NCBI GenBank assembly: GCA_046292385.1
Contig: JBKBRF010000059.1
Location: forward strand, 1-36,911
Reading direction: 5' to 3'
DNA: 36,911 bases
Origin: Armatimonadota bacterium
GTDB lineage: Bacteria > Armatimonadota > SYMT01
Below the pieces are notes generated by a model. It was given only the letters and a program-made list of their open reading frames with translations, made no database searches and had not been told where the DNA came from. Positions 8,738 to 17,742 of this stretch are shown piece by piece (within the stretch, counting starts at the first letter, position 1; every line of letters begins with the position of its first letter). A program made the translations under genes and the position numbers.

Positions 8738-9001
8738 ATGGAACGAGAGCGCCAGGAGTGGAGCGACCGGACGGAGCGGGACGACCGCTTTTGAGCCGAT
8801 GCGCAAGCGACGCCGCGGCTTCCCGTCAGAGACGAACGTCGGCCGCGGGCTCCGGGTCGTGCACGGGGACAAAGTGCTGGATGAGAAGCTCGGGAAGGAA
8901 GACCCCTGCCCCTGCGGCTCCGGACGCCGCTTTCAAGCGCTGCTGCCGCAACTCCGGCCGGTACGACGGCGCGCCGCGCCAGGTCTACTTTCCGCGAGTG
9001 A
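8738..9001 (+). CDS. SEC-C (CPCGSG..FK.CC) zinc-motif small protein, interrupted by three +1 frame changes (recoded gene or pseudogene)
   Basis: SD GGAGGT at 8727 and ATG at 8738. Frame changes at TTT 8789, TTT 8931 and TTT 8989. The second restores [13 protein letters not shown], and TGA follows at 8999. Confidence 0.65.
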
Positions 9002-9011
9002 CCGGGCAGGA

Positions 9012-9217
9012 GTGTAAGAAAAGGGGATAGGGGGATGTGGTGGGGATAAGGGGATGAATTGATCAAGCGCAACCTACGGCGCCGCGACTACCCACCGGGA
9101 ACGACGCGGGCGCGCTAACAATCTACGGTCGCCTGGCCGCAGCTGCCCCACGTCGCGCGGACCAGGGGAGTTTCATCTCCCCATCCCCATCTCATCCCCC
9201 CATCCCCTTCCTTACAC
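9012..9217 (+). mobile_element. MITE-like element with GTGTAAG...CTTACAC termini and GGGGAT/ATCCCC subterminal repeats
   Basis: Terminal IR plus internal motifs (TGATCA..CCTAC.GCGCCG; ACCAGGGGAGTTTCATCTCCC) shared with 9532-9805. Confidence 0.7.
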
Positions 9218-9241
9218 ATCCCAATCCCGCGCCTCCGCCGG

Positions 9242-9250
9242 TGGTATACT
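9242..9250 (+). promoter_or_regulatory. Extended -10 element TGGTATACT
   Basis: TGnTATACT 9 nt before ATG 9260, with no SD. Confidence 0.5.
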
Positions 9251-9259
9251 CGTTCCGTT

Positions 9260-9520
9260 ATGACGCGGAGCGACACTGCCAATTCGGGCTCGGGGACTCT
9301 CGAGGAGGCAGTCAACCTGCTGGCGGATGAGTACCGCGTCCGCTGCCTCTGGTTCCTGCGTCCGGACTACTACCCCGAGACCCTGGAGGAGCGCCTGCGG
9401 GTGCTCGAGTATATCCAGTGGCACGGAGACCTCTCTGCCTTCCGCCGCGCCGGCGAGCTGCGCCGATGCCTCTTACGGATTTCCAACGAGAGATCTGCCG
9501 AAGAACCAGCCGCCGCGTAA
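9260..9520 (+). CDS. Hypothetical protein (YR.RCLWFL..DY motif), putative antitoxin partner of a nucleotidyltransferase toxin
   Basis: 86-aa ORF with its own promoter. The family resemblance is recalled, not searched. Confidence 0.65.
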   Translation: MTRSDTANSGSGTLEEAVNLLADEYRVRCLWFLRPDYYPETLEERLRVLEYIQWHGDLSAFRRAGELRRCLLRISNERSAEEPAAA

Positions 9521-9537
9521 TCGGCGGAACGGTGTAA
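9466..9537 (+). pseudogene. Truncated N-terminus (MPLTDFQREIC...) of a probable AbiEii-like nucleotidyltransferase
   Basis: The ATG overlaps the 3' end of 9260-9520. The frame stops after 23 codons at the TAA inside the repeat terminus GTGTAAG. Confidence 0.4.
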
Positions 9538-9805
9538 GAAAAGGGGATGTGGGGATGGGGATAAGGGGATGTTCTGATCAGGTCAGACCTACAGCGCCGG
9601 GGCGGGACGTAAGTAACGCCAGCTTTTCGAGCCACCGCGTCTTAGCCCGCGCAGGCGGGCTTCGCTTTCTGTAGCCTCGACTTCAGTCCGAGGCGCGGCG
9701 CTGACGAGCGACGACTACGGGGCCTCAGTAGCTCCACGTGACACGAACCAGGGGGAGTTTCATCTCCCTATCCCCAGTTCATCCCCCTATCCCCTCTTCT
9801 TACAC
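9532..9805 (+). mobile_element. Second full GTGTAAG...CTTACAC MITE-like element, containing a GTAG-type REP
   Basis: Same termini as 9012-9217. Internal TTAGCCCGCGCAGGCGGGCTT and GTAGCCTCGACTTCAGTCCGAGGCG (about 9642-9695). Confidence 0.7.
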
Positions 9806-11362
9806 GTCCGGTCCGCTAGAACGCGCGCTGCTGTTCAACAGCGGCAGGGTGAACGAGAAGGTGCTGCCGGCTCCCAGCTCGCTCTCCACCCAGATGCGGC
9901 CGCCGTGGGCTTCCGCGACCATCTTGCAGAAGGTGAGCCCGAGGCCGGAGGAGTTCTTCCGGCCGCCGCGGCGGTTCTCCACCTGGCCGAATTTCTGGAA
10001 GATCCGCTCGTAGGCGTCTTTCGGGATCCCCTCGCCGGTGTCGGTCACGGCGAAGAGCACCTCTCCTTCCTCGGGCAGCACCCGGGCGGAGATGGTGATG
10101 CGGCCGCTGGAGGGCGTGAACTTGATCGCGTTGCCGACCAGGTTGACTAACATCCGGCGGACCTTCTCCTCGTCCGCGCGGATCGGCGGCACCTCGTGGG
10201 GAAGCTCCATGCGCAGGTCCAGCTCCTTGTCCTTCGCCAGCTGCGCGACCTGGCGCAGCGCCACGCTGAGCGTCTCATGGGGATCGAAGTCGCTGTACTC
10301 CAGCTTCATGGAGCCGTCCTCGAGCTTGCTGATGTCGAGGAGGTCGTTGATCATCCGGAGGAGCATCTCGCCCCCGGAAGTCGCCATCTTGAGGAACTCC
10401 TGCTGGTCTTCGTTCAGCGGCCCCAGCACGTCGAGCGTCTGCAGCGAGCCGGTGAGCGCGGTGAGCGGCGTGCGGAGGTCGTGGACGATCATGTGCGTCA
10501 GGTCGTCCTTTAGCTTCGCGAGCGACTCGATCTCTTTGCGCCGGGTGATGTCCTGGATGAGACAGACGCAGCCGACGGTCTGGTCGAGGTAGTCCCGCAG
10601 CGGCGCCACGCTGATCGTCACGGGGGTGGACGACCCGTCGCGCCGCACCACCTCTGAGTCTTTGCCGGAGACGACGCGCTGCGCGGAGAGCGCCTCCGCC
10701 AGGACGGCCTGCATGTCGGGGCCGGCCGGATCGCCGAGCACCTGCGCGGCGGGTTTGCCGGCGATCTCCTCTTCCGTCACGTCGACGAGGCGGCAGAACG
10801 CCCCGTTGACGGTGCGGATGCTGCCCTCGGTGTCGCACGTCAGGATGCCTTCGGAAAGGTTCTGCAGGATCGTCTTCAGCTCGATCCGCTCCACGGTGGT
10901 CGAGTAGAGCTCCCGGTCCATCAGGGTGCTGACCTGGCTCAGGATGTCCTCCGCCGTGGGCGCCTCCGCCGCGGCGCGGGTGTTGCCGGCAGGCGGCAGC
11001 AGGCGCTCGACCGTGGCGAGCAGGGCCGAGGGGTCGAGGTTCTTCGTCATGAAGGCGTCGGCGCCGGTCTGCAGGCTCCAGAACTCGTCCCCCTGGCTCT
11101 CCGAGCCGGTCAGGATGATGACCGGGATCGCGGCGACCGCCGGATCGGCCTTCAGCAGCCGGCACGCCTGGTAGCCGTTCATGCGCGGCATGAAGATGTC
11201 GAGCACGATCAGGTCCGGCGCGTCGCGATAGGCGGACTGCACCGCCTCCACGCCGTTCGAAGCGGTGATCACCGTATAGCCCGCCCCGCGGAGCATGCGG
11301 GAGACCATCGCCACCACCATCGGGCTGTCGTCCGCGACCAGTATCTTTCTTTCGCTGCTCAT
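9800..11362 (-). CDS. Hybrid sensor kinase REC-PAS-HisKA-HATPase
   Basis: ILVADDS..LDIFMP, a PAS domain, VHDLRTPL, NLVGNAIKFT, DTGEGI and GLGL. RBS AAGGAGG before the ATG at 11362. Confidence 0.93.
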   Translation of the reverse strand: MSSERKILVADDSPMVVAMVSRMLRGAGYTVITASNGVEAVQSAYRDAPDLIVLDIFMPRMNGYQACRLLKADPAVAAIPVIILTGSESQGDEFWSLQTGADAFMTKNLDPSALLATVERLLPPAGNTRAAAEAPTAEDILSQVSTLMDRELYSTTVERIELKTILQNLSEGILTCDTEGSIRTVNGAFCRLVDVTEEEIAGKPAAQVLGDPAGPDMQAVLAEALSAQRVVSGKDSEVVRRDGSSTPVTISVAPLRDYLDQTVGCVCLIQDITRRKEIESLAKLKDDLTHMIVHDLRTPLTALTGSLQTLDVLGPLNEDQQEFLKMATSGGEMLLRMINDLLDISKLEDGSMKLEYSDFDPHETLSVALRQVAQLAKDKELDLRMELPHEVPPIRADEEKVRRMLVNLVGNAIKFTPSSGRITISARVLPEEGEVLFAVTDTGEGIPKDAYERIFQKFGQVENRRGGRKNSSGLGLTFCKMVAEAHGGRIWVESELGAGSTFSFTLPLLNSSARSSGPDV

Positions 11363-11385
11363 GGCAGCCTCCTTACTTCGACACG

Positions 11386-12444
11386 TCAAGCAGCCAGCAC
11401 CCGCGCCAGCGCGCGGCCGATCTCTACGGGCGGCAGCACCCGCTCCACCGCTCCCAGCTCGATCGCCTGCCGCGGCATTCCGAAGACCGCGGAGGTCTCC
11501 TCGTCCTGCGCGAAGGTGAGCCCGCCCCGGCGGCGGATCTCGAGCAGGCCTTCCGCGCCGTCACGGCCCATTCCGGTCAGGAGCACCCCGATCGCCGCCC
11601 CGCCGCAGCGCTCCGCGGCGCTGGCAAGGGTGACCGTGGCGGACGGCCGGTGCCCTTCCACCGGCGGCGCCTCCGTGAAGCGGAGCAGCCCCTGTGGAGA
11701 GAGCTCCATGTGCCGGTCTTCCGGGGGAAAGTAGACGACTCCCGGAGCCGGCAGCTCGTCCGGCTTCCCGATGCGCACCGGGAGGGCGCAGTCCTGTGCC
11801 AGCCAATCCACGAGGCCGGTCAGGAACCCCTTGCTGATGTGCTGCACGCAGAGCACCGGCAGCGGGAAGCCGGCGGGAAGCTGCCGCAGCACCTCCTTCA
11901 GCGCGGGCGGCCCGCCCGTGGAGGCGCCGATCACCACCAGGCGCGGGCGCGGGCGCCGATCCGGGCCGGGCGCCGCCGGAGCGGCGGTACTCGCCGCCGC
12001 GACCGGGGCCGCTCCCGCCTTGCGGCGGTAGACCCGCACGCCGGAGAGGATGCGGATCTTCGCCACCAGCTCCTGGCTCGCCGCCTCGAACTCACGGGTC
12101 GAGCCGAGCTCCGGCTTTGGAAAGACGTCGAGCGCTCCCGCCGCCAGCGCCGGATAAGCGTTGGTGGTGTCGTCCGCACGGATCGTGCTGCTCACCACCA
12201 GGATCGGGCAGGGATACTCCGCCATCACCCGCTGCGTCAGCTCCACGCCGTCCATGTTCGGCATGCGCAGGTCGGTCAGGAGCACGTCGGGCCGGGCCGC
12301 GCCGAGGAGCTGGAGCGCCTGCACTCCGTCCAGCGCCGTCCCCACGATCCGGATCTCCGGCGAGGGAGCGAGGAGGCGCTTCAGCATCGCCAGGGCGACC
12401 GGCGAGTCGTCTACCAGCATCACGTTGATCGGGTTGAGGCTCAT
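11386..12444 (-). CDS. cheB: Chemotaxis methylesterase (REC-CheB)
   Basis: REC domain, GASTGGP, VQHI, HRPS, LTGMGRDG and VFGMP. Confidence 0.96.
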   Translation of the reverse strand: MSLNPINVMLVDDSPVALAMLKRLLAPSPEIRIVGTALDGVQALQLLGAARPDVLLTDLRMPNMDGVELTQRVMAEYPCPILVVSSTIRADDTTNAYPALAAGALDVFPKPELGSTREFEAASQELVAKIRILSGVRVYRRKAGAAPVAAASTAAPAAPGPDRRPRPRLVVIGASTGGPPALKEVLRQLPAGFPLPVLCVQHISKGFLTGLVDWLAQDCALPVRIGKPDELPAPGVVYFPPEDRHMELSPQGLLRFTEAPPVEGHRPSATVTLASAAERCGGAAIGVLLTGMGRDGAEGLLEIRRRGGLTFAQDEETSAVFGMPRQAIELGAVERVLPPVEIGRALARVLAA

Positions 12445-12463
12445 GAGCTCGTATCGGGCTTCA

Positions 12464-15175
12464 CTACACCAGCCGACGGAGGGCTTCGGTGAGCGACTTC
12501 TGGTTGAACGCGGGCTTGGGGATGTAGGCGCTGGCGCCGACGTCGAAGCCGCGCTTGCGGTCTTCCTCAGCGGAGAGCGACGAGACGAGGATGACCGGCA
12601 GGTCCCGATGCTGCGGGTGCTGACGGATGCGGGAGGTGAGCGCGAGGCCGTCGAGGTTCGGCATCTCGATGTCGGAGACGACCGCCGCGAACTCGCCGGC
12701 GCAGAGCTTGTTGAAGCCGTCCAGCCCGTCTACCGCAGTGACCACCTCGTAGCCCGCCGCCTCGATGATCCGCTTCTCGTGCATCCGCGTGGTGATCGAG
12801 TCGTCGACCAGTAGAATCGCCCGCGCCGGCCTCGGCTCGGCGCTTTCCATCTCTACCGGCCCCGTGGGCTCGCGCGGCGCGGCCGGGCGCTGACGGCGGA
12901 GGAGGTCCATCGGGTTGAGGACGATGCAGATCTCCCCGGTGCTCAGGATGGTGAGTCCGGAGACGTTCGGGACCCGCTGCAGCACCCCGCCCAGCGGCTT
13001 GAGCACCACCTCCTGCTCGTCGGTCACGGAGTCGACCAGCAGCCCCAGCCGCTGCTTCCCCAGCGAGAGCACCACACAGGGGCGGGAGGTGGGCCCGCGC
13101 CGCGCCAGCGGGCCGCGGCCATTCTCGATCCCCAGCAGCTGCGCCAGCCGGACCACGGAGACCGCCTGGCCGTCCAGGCTCACCGTCTCCGCGCCCTGGA
13201 CAGAGAAGAGATCGGTGTCCGCCACGGAGCAGATCCGCTCCACCCAGTCGATCGGCAGCCCGTAGAGCTGCCCGCCCACCGCCACCAGCAGCACGCGCGT
13301 GGTGGCGAGCGTCTTCGGCAGCCGCACCTGGAAGGTGCAGCCCTGGCCGGGGCGGGAGTCGATGCTGATCGTGCCCTTGAGCCGCTCGATGTTGGTGCGG
13401 ACCACGTCCATGCCGACGCCGCGGCCGGAGACGTCGGTCACCTCCGCGCGGGTGGAGAAGCCGGGGGCGAAGATGAGCAGCTCCACCTCGTTCCGGCTCA
13501 GCCGGGCGAGCTCCGCCTCGGTGCGGATCCCCCGCTTCAGCGCCGCGCGGCGCACCGCCTCCACGTCGATCCCGCCGCCGTCGTCCTCGATCTCGATCAG
13601 CACGTCGCGCGCGCTCTGAGAGGCACGGATCCGAAGGGTCGCCGCCTGCGGCTTCCCCGCCGCCTCGCGCGCGTCCGGACCTTCTACGCCGTGGTCGCAG
13701 GCATTCCGGAGCATGTGCATCAGCGGATCTTTGATCTCTTCCAGGATCCGCTTGTCGACCGCCGTCTCCGCCCCCTCGATCAGCAGCCGGATCTCCTTGC
13801 CCCCGGCGCGGGCGAGGTCTCGCACCATCCGGGGGAAGAGGTTGAACACGGTGGAGAGCGGCAGCAGGCGCAGCTCGCGGATCCCCTCCTCCATGCGGTC
13901 GGCCAGGTACTCCAGGCGGGCACTGTCGCCGTACGACTCCACCCGCAGGCACTCCAGCAGCATCCCGAGGCAGTCGAGCCGTTCCAGCTCCAGCTCGTAC
14001 AGCTCGGCGACCTGTCGCCGGGCGTCGTCGGAGGCGAGGCGCATCCGCTGCTGCGCGCTCCAGCGCCGCTGCAGCACCTCCCGGCTCCACTCCGAGTAGA
14101 CGCTGATCAGGTGATCGATCTCGCCCTGCCGGCGCGCGAGCCGCTCGCGCGTCACCTTGAGCTCTCCGGAGTGGGTCAGGAGCGTGTCGAGCTTGCGCGG
14201 GTCGACCCGGATCGCTTCGATCCGGAAGTCGGCCGCCCCGCGGGCCGCCGTCGCCGGAGGGTCGGTCGAAACGGGGAGAGGAGCCGCCTCCGCCGCGGCC
14301 GGCGCGGGAGCGGGCGGGTCGGACCGTCTCCAGGGCGGCGGCATCTCCCCGGCCGGACCCTCGATCCAGGCGATCAGCTCCCCCGCCGTGAATCCGGCCG
14401 GCCCCCCCGTCAGCACCTCCCGGGCCAGCAGGCGCATGCCGTCCAGCGCCTGGTAGAGCCGGTCCATCCGCTCCGGCGCCGGCGCGTCGCCGCCCCGGCG
14501 CAGCGCGCCGAGAATGTCTTCGAAGCGGTGCGCCACCTCGCTCACGGCGGTCGCGCCCACCATCCGCGCTGCCCCCTTCAGGTTGTGCGCTTCCCGGAAG
14601 ACGGCGTCGAGCGCCGCGGTGTCGGCGGGGCTCTCCTCCAGTCGCAGCAGTCCCGCGTCGAGGTTCTGGATCCGCTCGTCGCTCTCCGCGCGGAAGAGCG
14701 AGGCCAGCTCCGCGTCGAGCACCGGCGGCGCCCCCGGCGGAGCGGGCGGCTCGGCGGCAGGAGACTCCGCGGCGCGGACCGGGATCGGCCCCGTTCCCGC
14801 GATGCAGGCGGCCAGCTCCGCCGCCGTCACGCCGGCCGGGGCGCCGGAGAGTACCTCTTCGACGAGGGCGCGGATCCCGTCGAGCGCCGCGGTGAGCCGA
14901 TCGATCAGCTCCGGCCCCAGCGGCACCTGCCCGCGCTTCGCCCCGCCCAGCAGGTCCTCGAAGCGGTGGGTCACCTCCGCGACTTCCAGCGCGCCGACCA
15001 TCCGCGCCGCGCCCTTCAGGTTGTGCGCGTCCCGGAACGCGGCGTCGAGGGTCGCGCCGTCACCGGGCTCCGTCTCCAGGCGCAGCAGCGCTGCTTCCAG
15101 GCTCTGGAGACGCTCCGACGTCTCTGCCCGAAAGATGGCGCCCAGCTCCGGATCGAGTTGGAGGAGACCGCTCAT
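12464..15175 (-). CDS. cheA: Chemotaxis histidine kinase with two Hpt domains, CheW and REC
   Basis: Two copies of FR(D/E)AHNLKGAARMVG, HMLRNACDHG, DDGGG, PGFST..SGRGVGMDVV, CheW and a C-terminal REC. Confidence 0.96.
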   Translation of the reverse strand: MSGLLQLDPELGAIFRAETSERLQSLEAALLRLETEPGDGATLDAAFRDAHNLKGAARMVGALEVAEVTHRFEDLLGGAKRGQVPLGPELIDRLTAALDGIRALVEEVLSGAPAGVTAAELAACIAGTGPIPVRAAESPAAEPPAPPGAPPVLDAELASLFRAESDERIQNLDAGLLRLEESPADTAALDAVFREAHNLKGAARMVGATAVSEVAHRFEDILGALRRGGDAPAPERMDRLYQALDGMRLLAREVLTGGPAGFTAGELIAWIEGPAGEMPPPWRRSDPPAPAPAAAEAAPLPVSTDPPATAARGAADFRIEAIRVDPRKLDTLLTHSGELKVTRERLARRQGEIDHLISVYSEWSREVLQRRWSAQQRMRLASDDARRQVAELYELELERLDCLGMLLECLRVESYGDSARLEYLADRMEEGIRELRLLPLSTVFNLFPRMVRDLARAGGKEIRLLIEGAETAVDKRILEEIKDPLMHMLRNACDHGVEGPDAREAAGKPQAATLRIRASQSARDVLIEIEDDGGGIDVEAVRRAALKRGIRTEAELARLSRNEVELLIFAPGFSTRAEVTDVSGRGVGMDVVRTNIERLKGTISIDSRPGQGCTFQVRLPKTLATTRVLLVAVGGQLYGLPIDWVERICSVADTDLFSVQGAETVSLDGQAVSVVRLAQLLGIENGRGPLARRGPTSRPCVVLSLGKQRLGLLVDSVTDEQEVVLKPLGGVLQRVPNVSGLTILSTGEICIVLNPMDLLRRQRPAAPREPTGPVEMESAEPRPARAILLVDDSITTRMHEKRIIEAAGYEVVTAVDGLDGFNKLCAGEFAAVVSDIEMPNLDGLALTSRIRQHPQHRDLPVILVSSLSAEEDRKRGFDVGASAYIPKPAFNQKSLTEALRRLV

Positions 15176-15185
15176 GCCCCTGACG

Positions 15186-16724
15186 CTACCTCGTCTCCAG
15201 GATCGCCTTCACGTCGGTGCCCACCAGCGCGGTGAGGTCTATCGCCGCGCCGTTCAGCCGCTGCACGCCCTGCTTGGTATGCGTGATGCCGTTGGCAGTC
15301 TCCCGCGCGCCGGAGGTGAGGCTCGCCATCGACTCGACCACCTGCAGCACCGCTCCCGACTGCTCGCGCGCGTTCAGCGAGATCTGCTGCATGCTCTCGA
15401 ACGTGCTGTTGATCGCGCGCGCCAGCTCCTGGAACGCCTCCTCGGTCCGCCGCGCCAGCCGCGCTCCCTCCTCGACCGTCAGCGTCCCTTCCTCGGAGGC
15501 GGCGACCGTGCTGCTGGTGGTGTGCTGGATGTCCGCCACGATGCCGCGGATCCGCTCCGCCGACTTCTTGCTCTGGTCCGCCAGCTTGCGGATCTCGGAG
15601 GCGACCACCGCAAAACCGCGGCCGTGCTCCCCGGCCCGCGCGGCCTCCACCGCCGCGTTCAGGGCGAGGAGGTTGGTCTGGCTCGCGAGGTCGCCCACCA
15701 GGTGAGTGATGTGGCCGATCTGGCTCGTCTGCTCGTTCAGGCGCTGGATCTGGTCCGCGATGGCGCTCACCTTGTGCTTGAGGCTCGCCATCCCGTCCAG
15801 CGTCTGCGCCACGGTCCGGTTCCCCTCCTCCGCCAGCGCCAGCGCCTGCCTCGCCGCGGCGGAGGCGTTCTGCGCCTGCTCCGCGGAAAGCCGGGACGAA
15901 GCGCCCAGCTCTTCCATCGTGGTCGTCGTCTCGTGGACGGCGGTCGCCTGCTGCGCCGCCATCCGCTCCTGCTGGTCGATGTTCGTAGTGAACTCCATCG
16001 TCACGCCGGAGATCGCGGCGGCGGCGCGCTTGAGCGGCCGGGAGATCAGCTGCACGACACGCTCGGCAACCACCAGCGTGAGGACGATGACAAGACCCCC
16101 GAAGATCCCCACCGAACGGAGCCAGCCATCAGTCCCCGCGCGCATCGCTTGCTCATCGCGCGCGGTGACCGCGATGACCCGCTGGAGAGCAGCACCCGAG
16201 GCAGTCATGTAGTCGCTGTACGCCGCCTCCACGTCGCCGCGGATCAACAGCCATGCCTTCTGGCGGTTGCCGTTCAGCACCGCCGGGATTACCTGCTGCT
16301 CTGCCAGCTCAAAGAACCGCTGGGAGCGGGGCGCCAATTCTGCACCGGCCATTTTCAACTCGCCGGCGGGCAGGCTCTCCAGCCAGGCGCTGTGGCGGCG
16401 GCGGACCGTGTTGAGCTGCGTACTCAGGGAGCGAACCTTCTGCAGGTCCGGCTCGCCGGCGATGCGGTGCAGCAGAAGATAGGGTTCGACCAGGACCCCC
16501 GGGGCAGGGTTGAGCTCCGCGTGGATGCGGTGATCCGCGATGATGCTCGCCGGGAGCGCTCCGGTCCGCAGCCGCTGCTGGCTCGTCGAGACGTAGACGG
16601 CGAAGAGAATGAAGAATCCCATCGCGATGAGCATCGCGAAGGTCATCGTCCGGCTGACGTAACCGTTCATCAACTGGGAAGCCGACCACTTCGCCACGGC
16701 CCGCTCTGGTTTAGGCGTGTTCAT
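15186..16724 (-). CDS. Methyl-accepting chemotaxis protein
   Basis: Two TM segments and [34 protein letters not shown]. Confidence 0.95.
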   Translation of the reverse strand: MNTPKPERAVAKWSASQLMNGYVSRTMTFAMLIAMGFFILFAVYVSTSQQRLRTGALPASIIADHRIHAELNPAPGVLVEPYLLLHRIAGEPDLQKVRSLSTQLNTVRRRHSAWLESLPAGELKMAGAELAPRSQRFFELAEQQVIPAVLNGNRQKAWLLIRGDVEAAYSDYMTASGAALQRVIAVTARDEQAMRAGTDGWLRSVGIFGGLVIVLTLVVAERVVQLISRPLKRAAAAISGVTMEFTTNIDQQERMAAQQATAVHETTTTMEELGASSRLSAEQAQNASAAARQALALAEEGNRTVAQTLDGMASLKHKVSAIADQIQRLNEQTSQIGHITHLVGDLASQTNLLALNAAVEAARAGEHGRGFAVVASEIRKLADQSKKSAERIRGIVADIQHTTSSTVAASEEGTLTVEEGARLARRTEEAFQELARAINSTFESMQQISLNAREQSGAVLQVVESMASLTSGARETANGITHTKQGVQRLNGAAIDLTALVGTDVKAILETR

Positions 16725-17742
16725 TGACCATCAGACCTCCCTGGTGGAGCAGCTTGTGGAAGTCGAGGACGCCCACCAACTGCGTCCCGAACGGCATCAT
16801 TCCTTCTAGAAACCGGAGCGCCGCACCGCAACCTGCCGGGGCCGGCGAAAGCAGCTCGGGCTGCAAGTAGAGCACGTCGAGCACTTCGTCTACCAGCACG
16901 CCCACGCGTAACTCGCCGGACTGGGTCACCATCACGCTGCGGGCGTCCCGGCGCGGCATCCCGGTCACCGGCACCTGCAGCGCTCCCCGGATGTCGATGA
17001 GCGTCAGCACCTCTCCGCGCAGGTTCACGGCGCCGACCACGTGCTCCGGGCAGCAGGGGATCGGGGTGACGTGGCGGACTTCGATGAACCCCTCCACGGC
17101 GTCGGCCGGCAGGGCGAAGCGCTCTTCGCCGAGACCGATCACCACGAACGGCCGGCGCTCCGAGAAGTCCTCCTCCGCCGGCGGGGCCGTCAGCGACGCG
17201 GAGCGCGCCGCGAGCAGCCGCTCCACCCGTTCGTCTTCCGGCAGCGCGAAGATGCCGTCGTCTACCTCCGGCCCTCCATCGCCGGCCGGCGGGGACGCGT
17301 CGAGCGCCGCTTCTCCCGCGAGCGAGACGAGACTCTCCGGGTTCAGCAGCGTCACCACGTCGTCTTCGTACCGCGCCAGCCCGGCACCGCAGCGAACGCT
17401 GGAGCCGAGCGCCTCCCACCCGGCGGGAAGGGCTTCCCGCTCCCCCACCGGGTGAACCGCCAGCACCTGGTGAGCCAGCAGCCCCGCGATGGCACCGCCG
17501 GCCTGGAAGATCAGGACATGGTCGTCCAGCCCATAGCGCTGCGGCGGCAGCCCCAGCCGCCGGGCGAGGTCGAGGACGGCGATGGCGTGGCCGCGGTAGC
17601 TCAGCGCTCCCGCCACGAAGGGGGGCGCTTCGGCGACCGGCGAGAGCCGCGGCAGCGGCGCCAGCTCCCGCACCGAGGGGGCCGGCAGGCCGTAGGTGGC
17701 GCCGCCGAGGCGGAAGAGCAGGTAGTCGGAAGGGAGCGACAT
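16711..17742 (-). CDS. cheW: Tandem CheW-CheW protein
   Basis: Two CheW domains ([33 protein letters not shown]). The ATG at 17742 overlaps the cheR stop (TGATG). Confidence 0.9.
   Translation of the reverse strand: MSLPSDYLLFRLGGATYGLPAPSVRELAPLPRLSPVAEAPPFVAGALSYRGHAIAVLDLARRLGLPPQRYGLDDHVLIFQAGGAIAGLLAHQVLAVHPVGEREALPAGWEALGSSVRCGAGLARYEDDVVTLLNPESLVSLAGEAALDASPPAGDGGPEVDDGIFALPEDERVERLLAARSASLTAPPAEEDFSERRPFVVIGLGEERFALPADAVEGFIEVRHVTPIPCCPEHVVGAVNLRGEVLTLIDIRGALQVPVTGMPRRDARSVMVTQSGELRVGVLVDEVLDVLYLQPELLSPAPAGCGAALRFLEGMMPFGTQLVGVLDFHKLLHQGGLMVNEHA

Noticed and set aside
8595..9030. ORF-track calls 8595-9017 and 8725-9030 as independent genes
   Set aside because: Each holds only half of the SEC-C motif and begins or ends in repeat DNA. 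They are better explained as frames of one gene.
8580..9805. Possible CRISPR array or attC integron array
   Set aside because: The repeats are degenerate, unevenly spaced and have inverted ends. There are no cas or intI genes, and no clear RYYYAAC...GTTRRRY structure.
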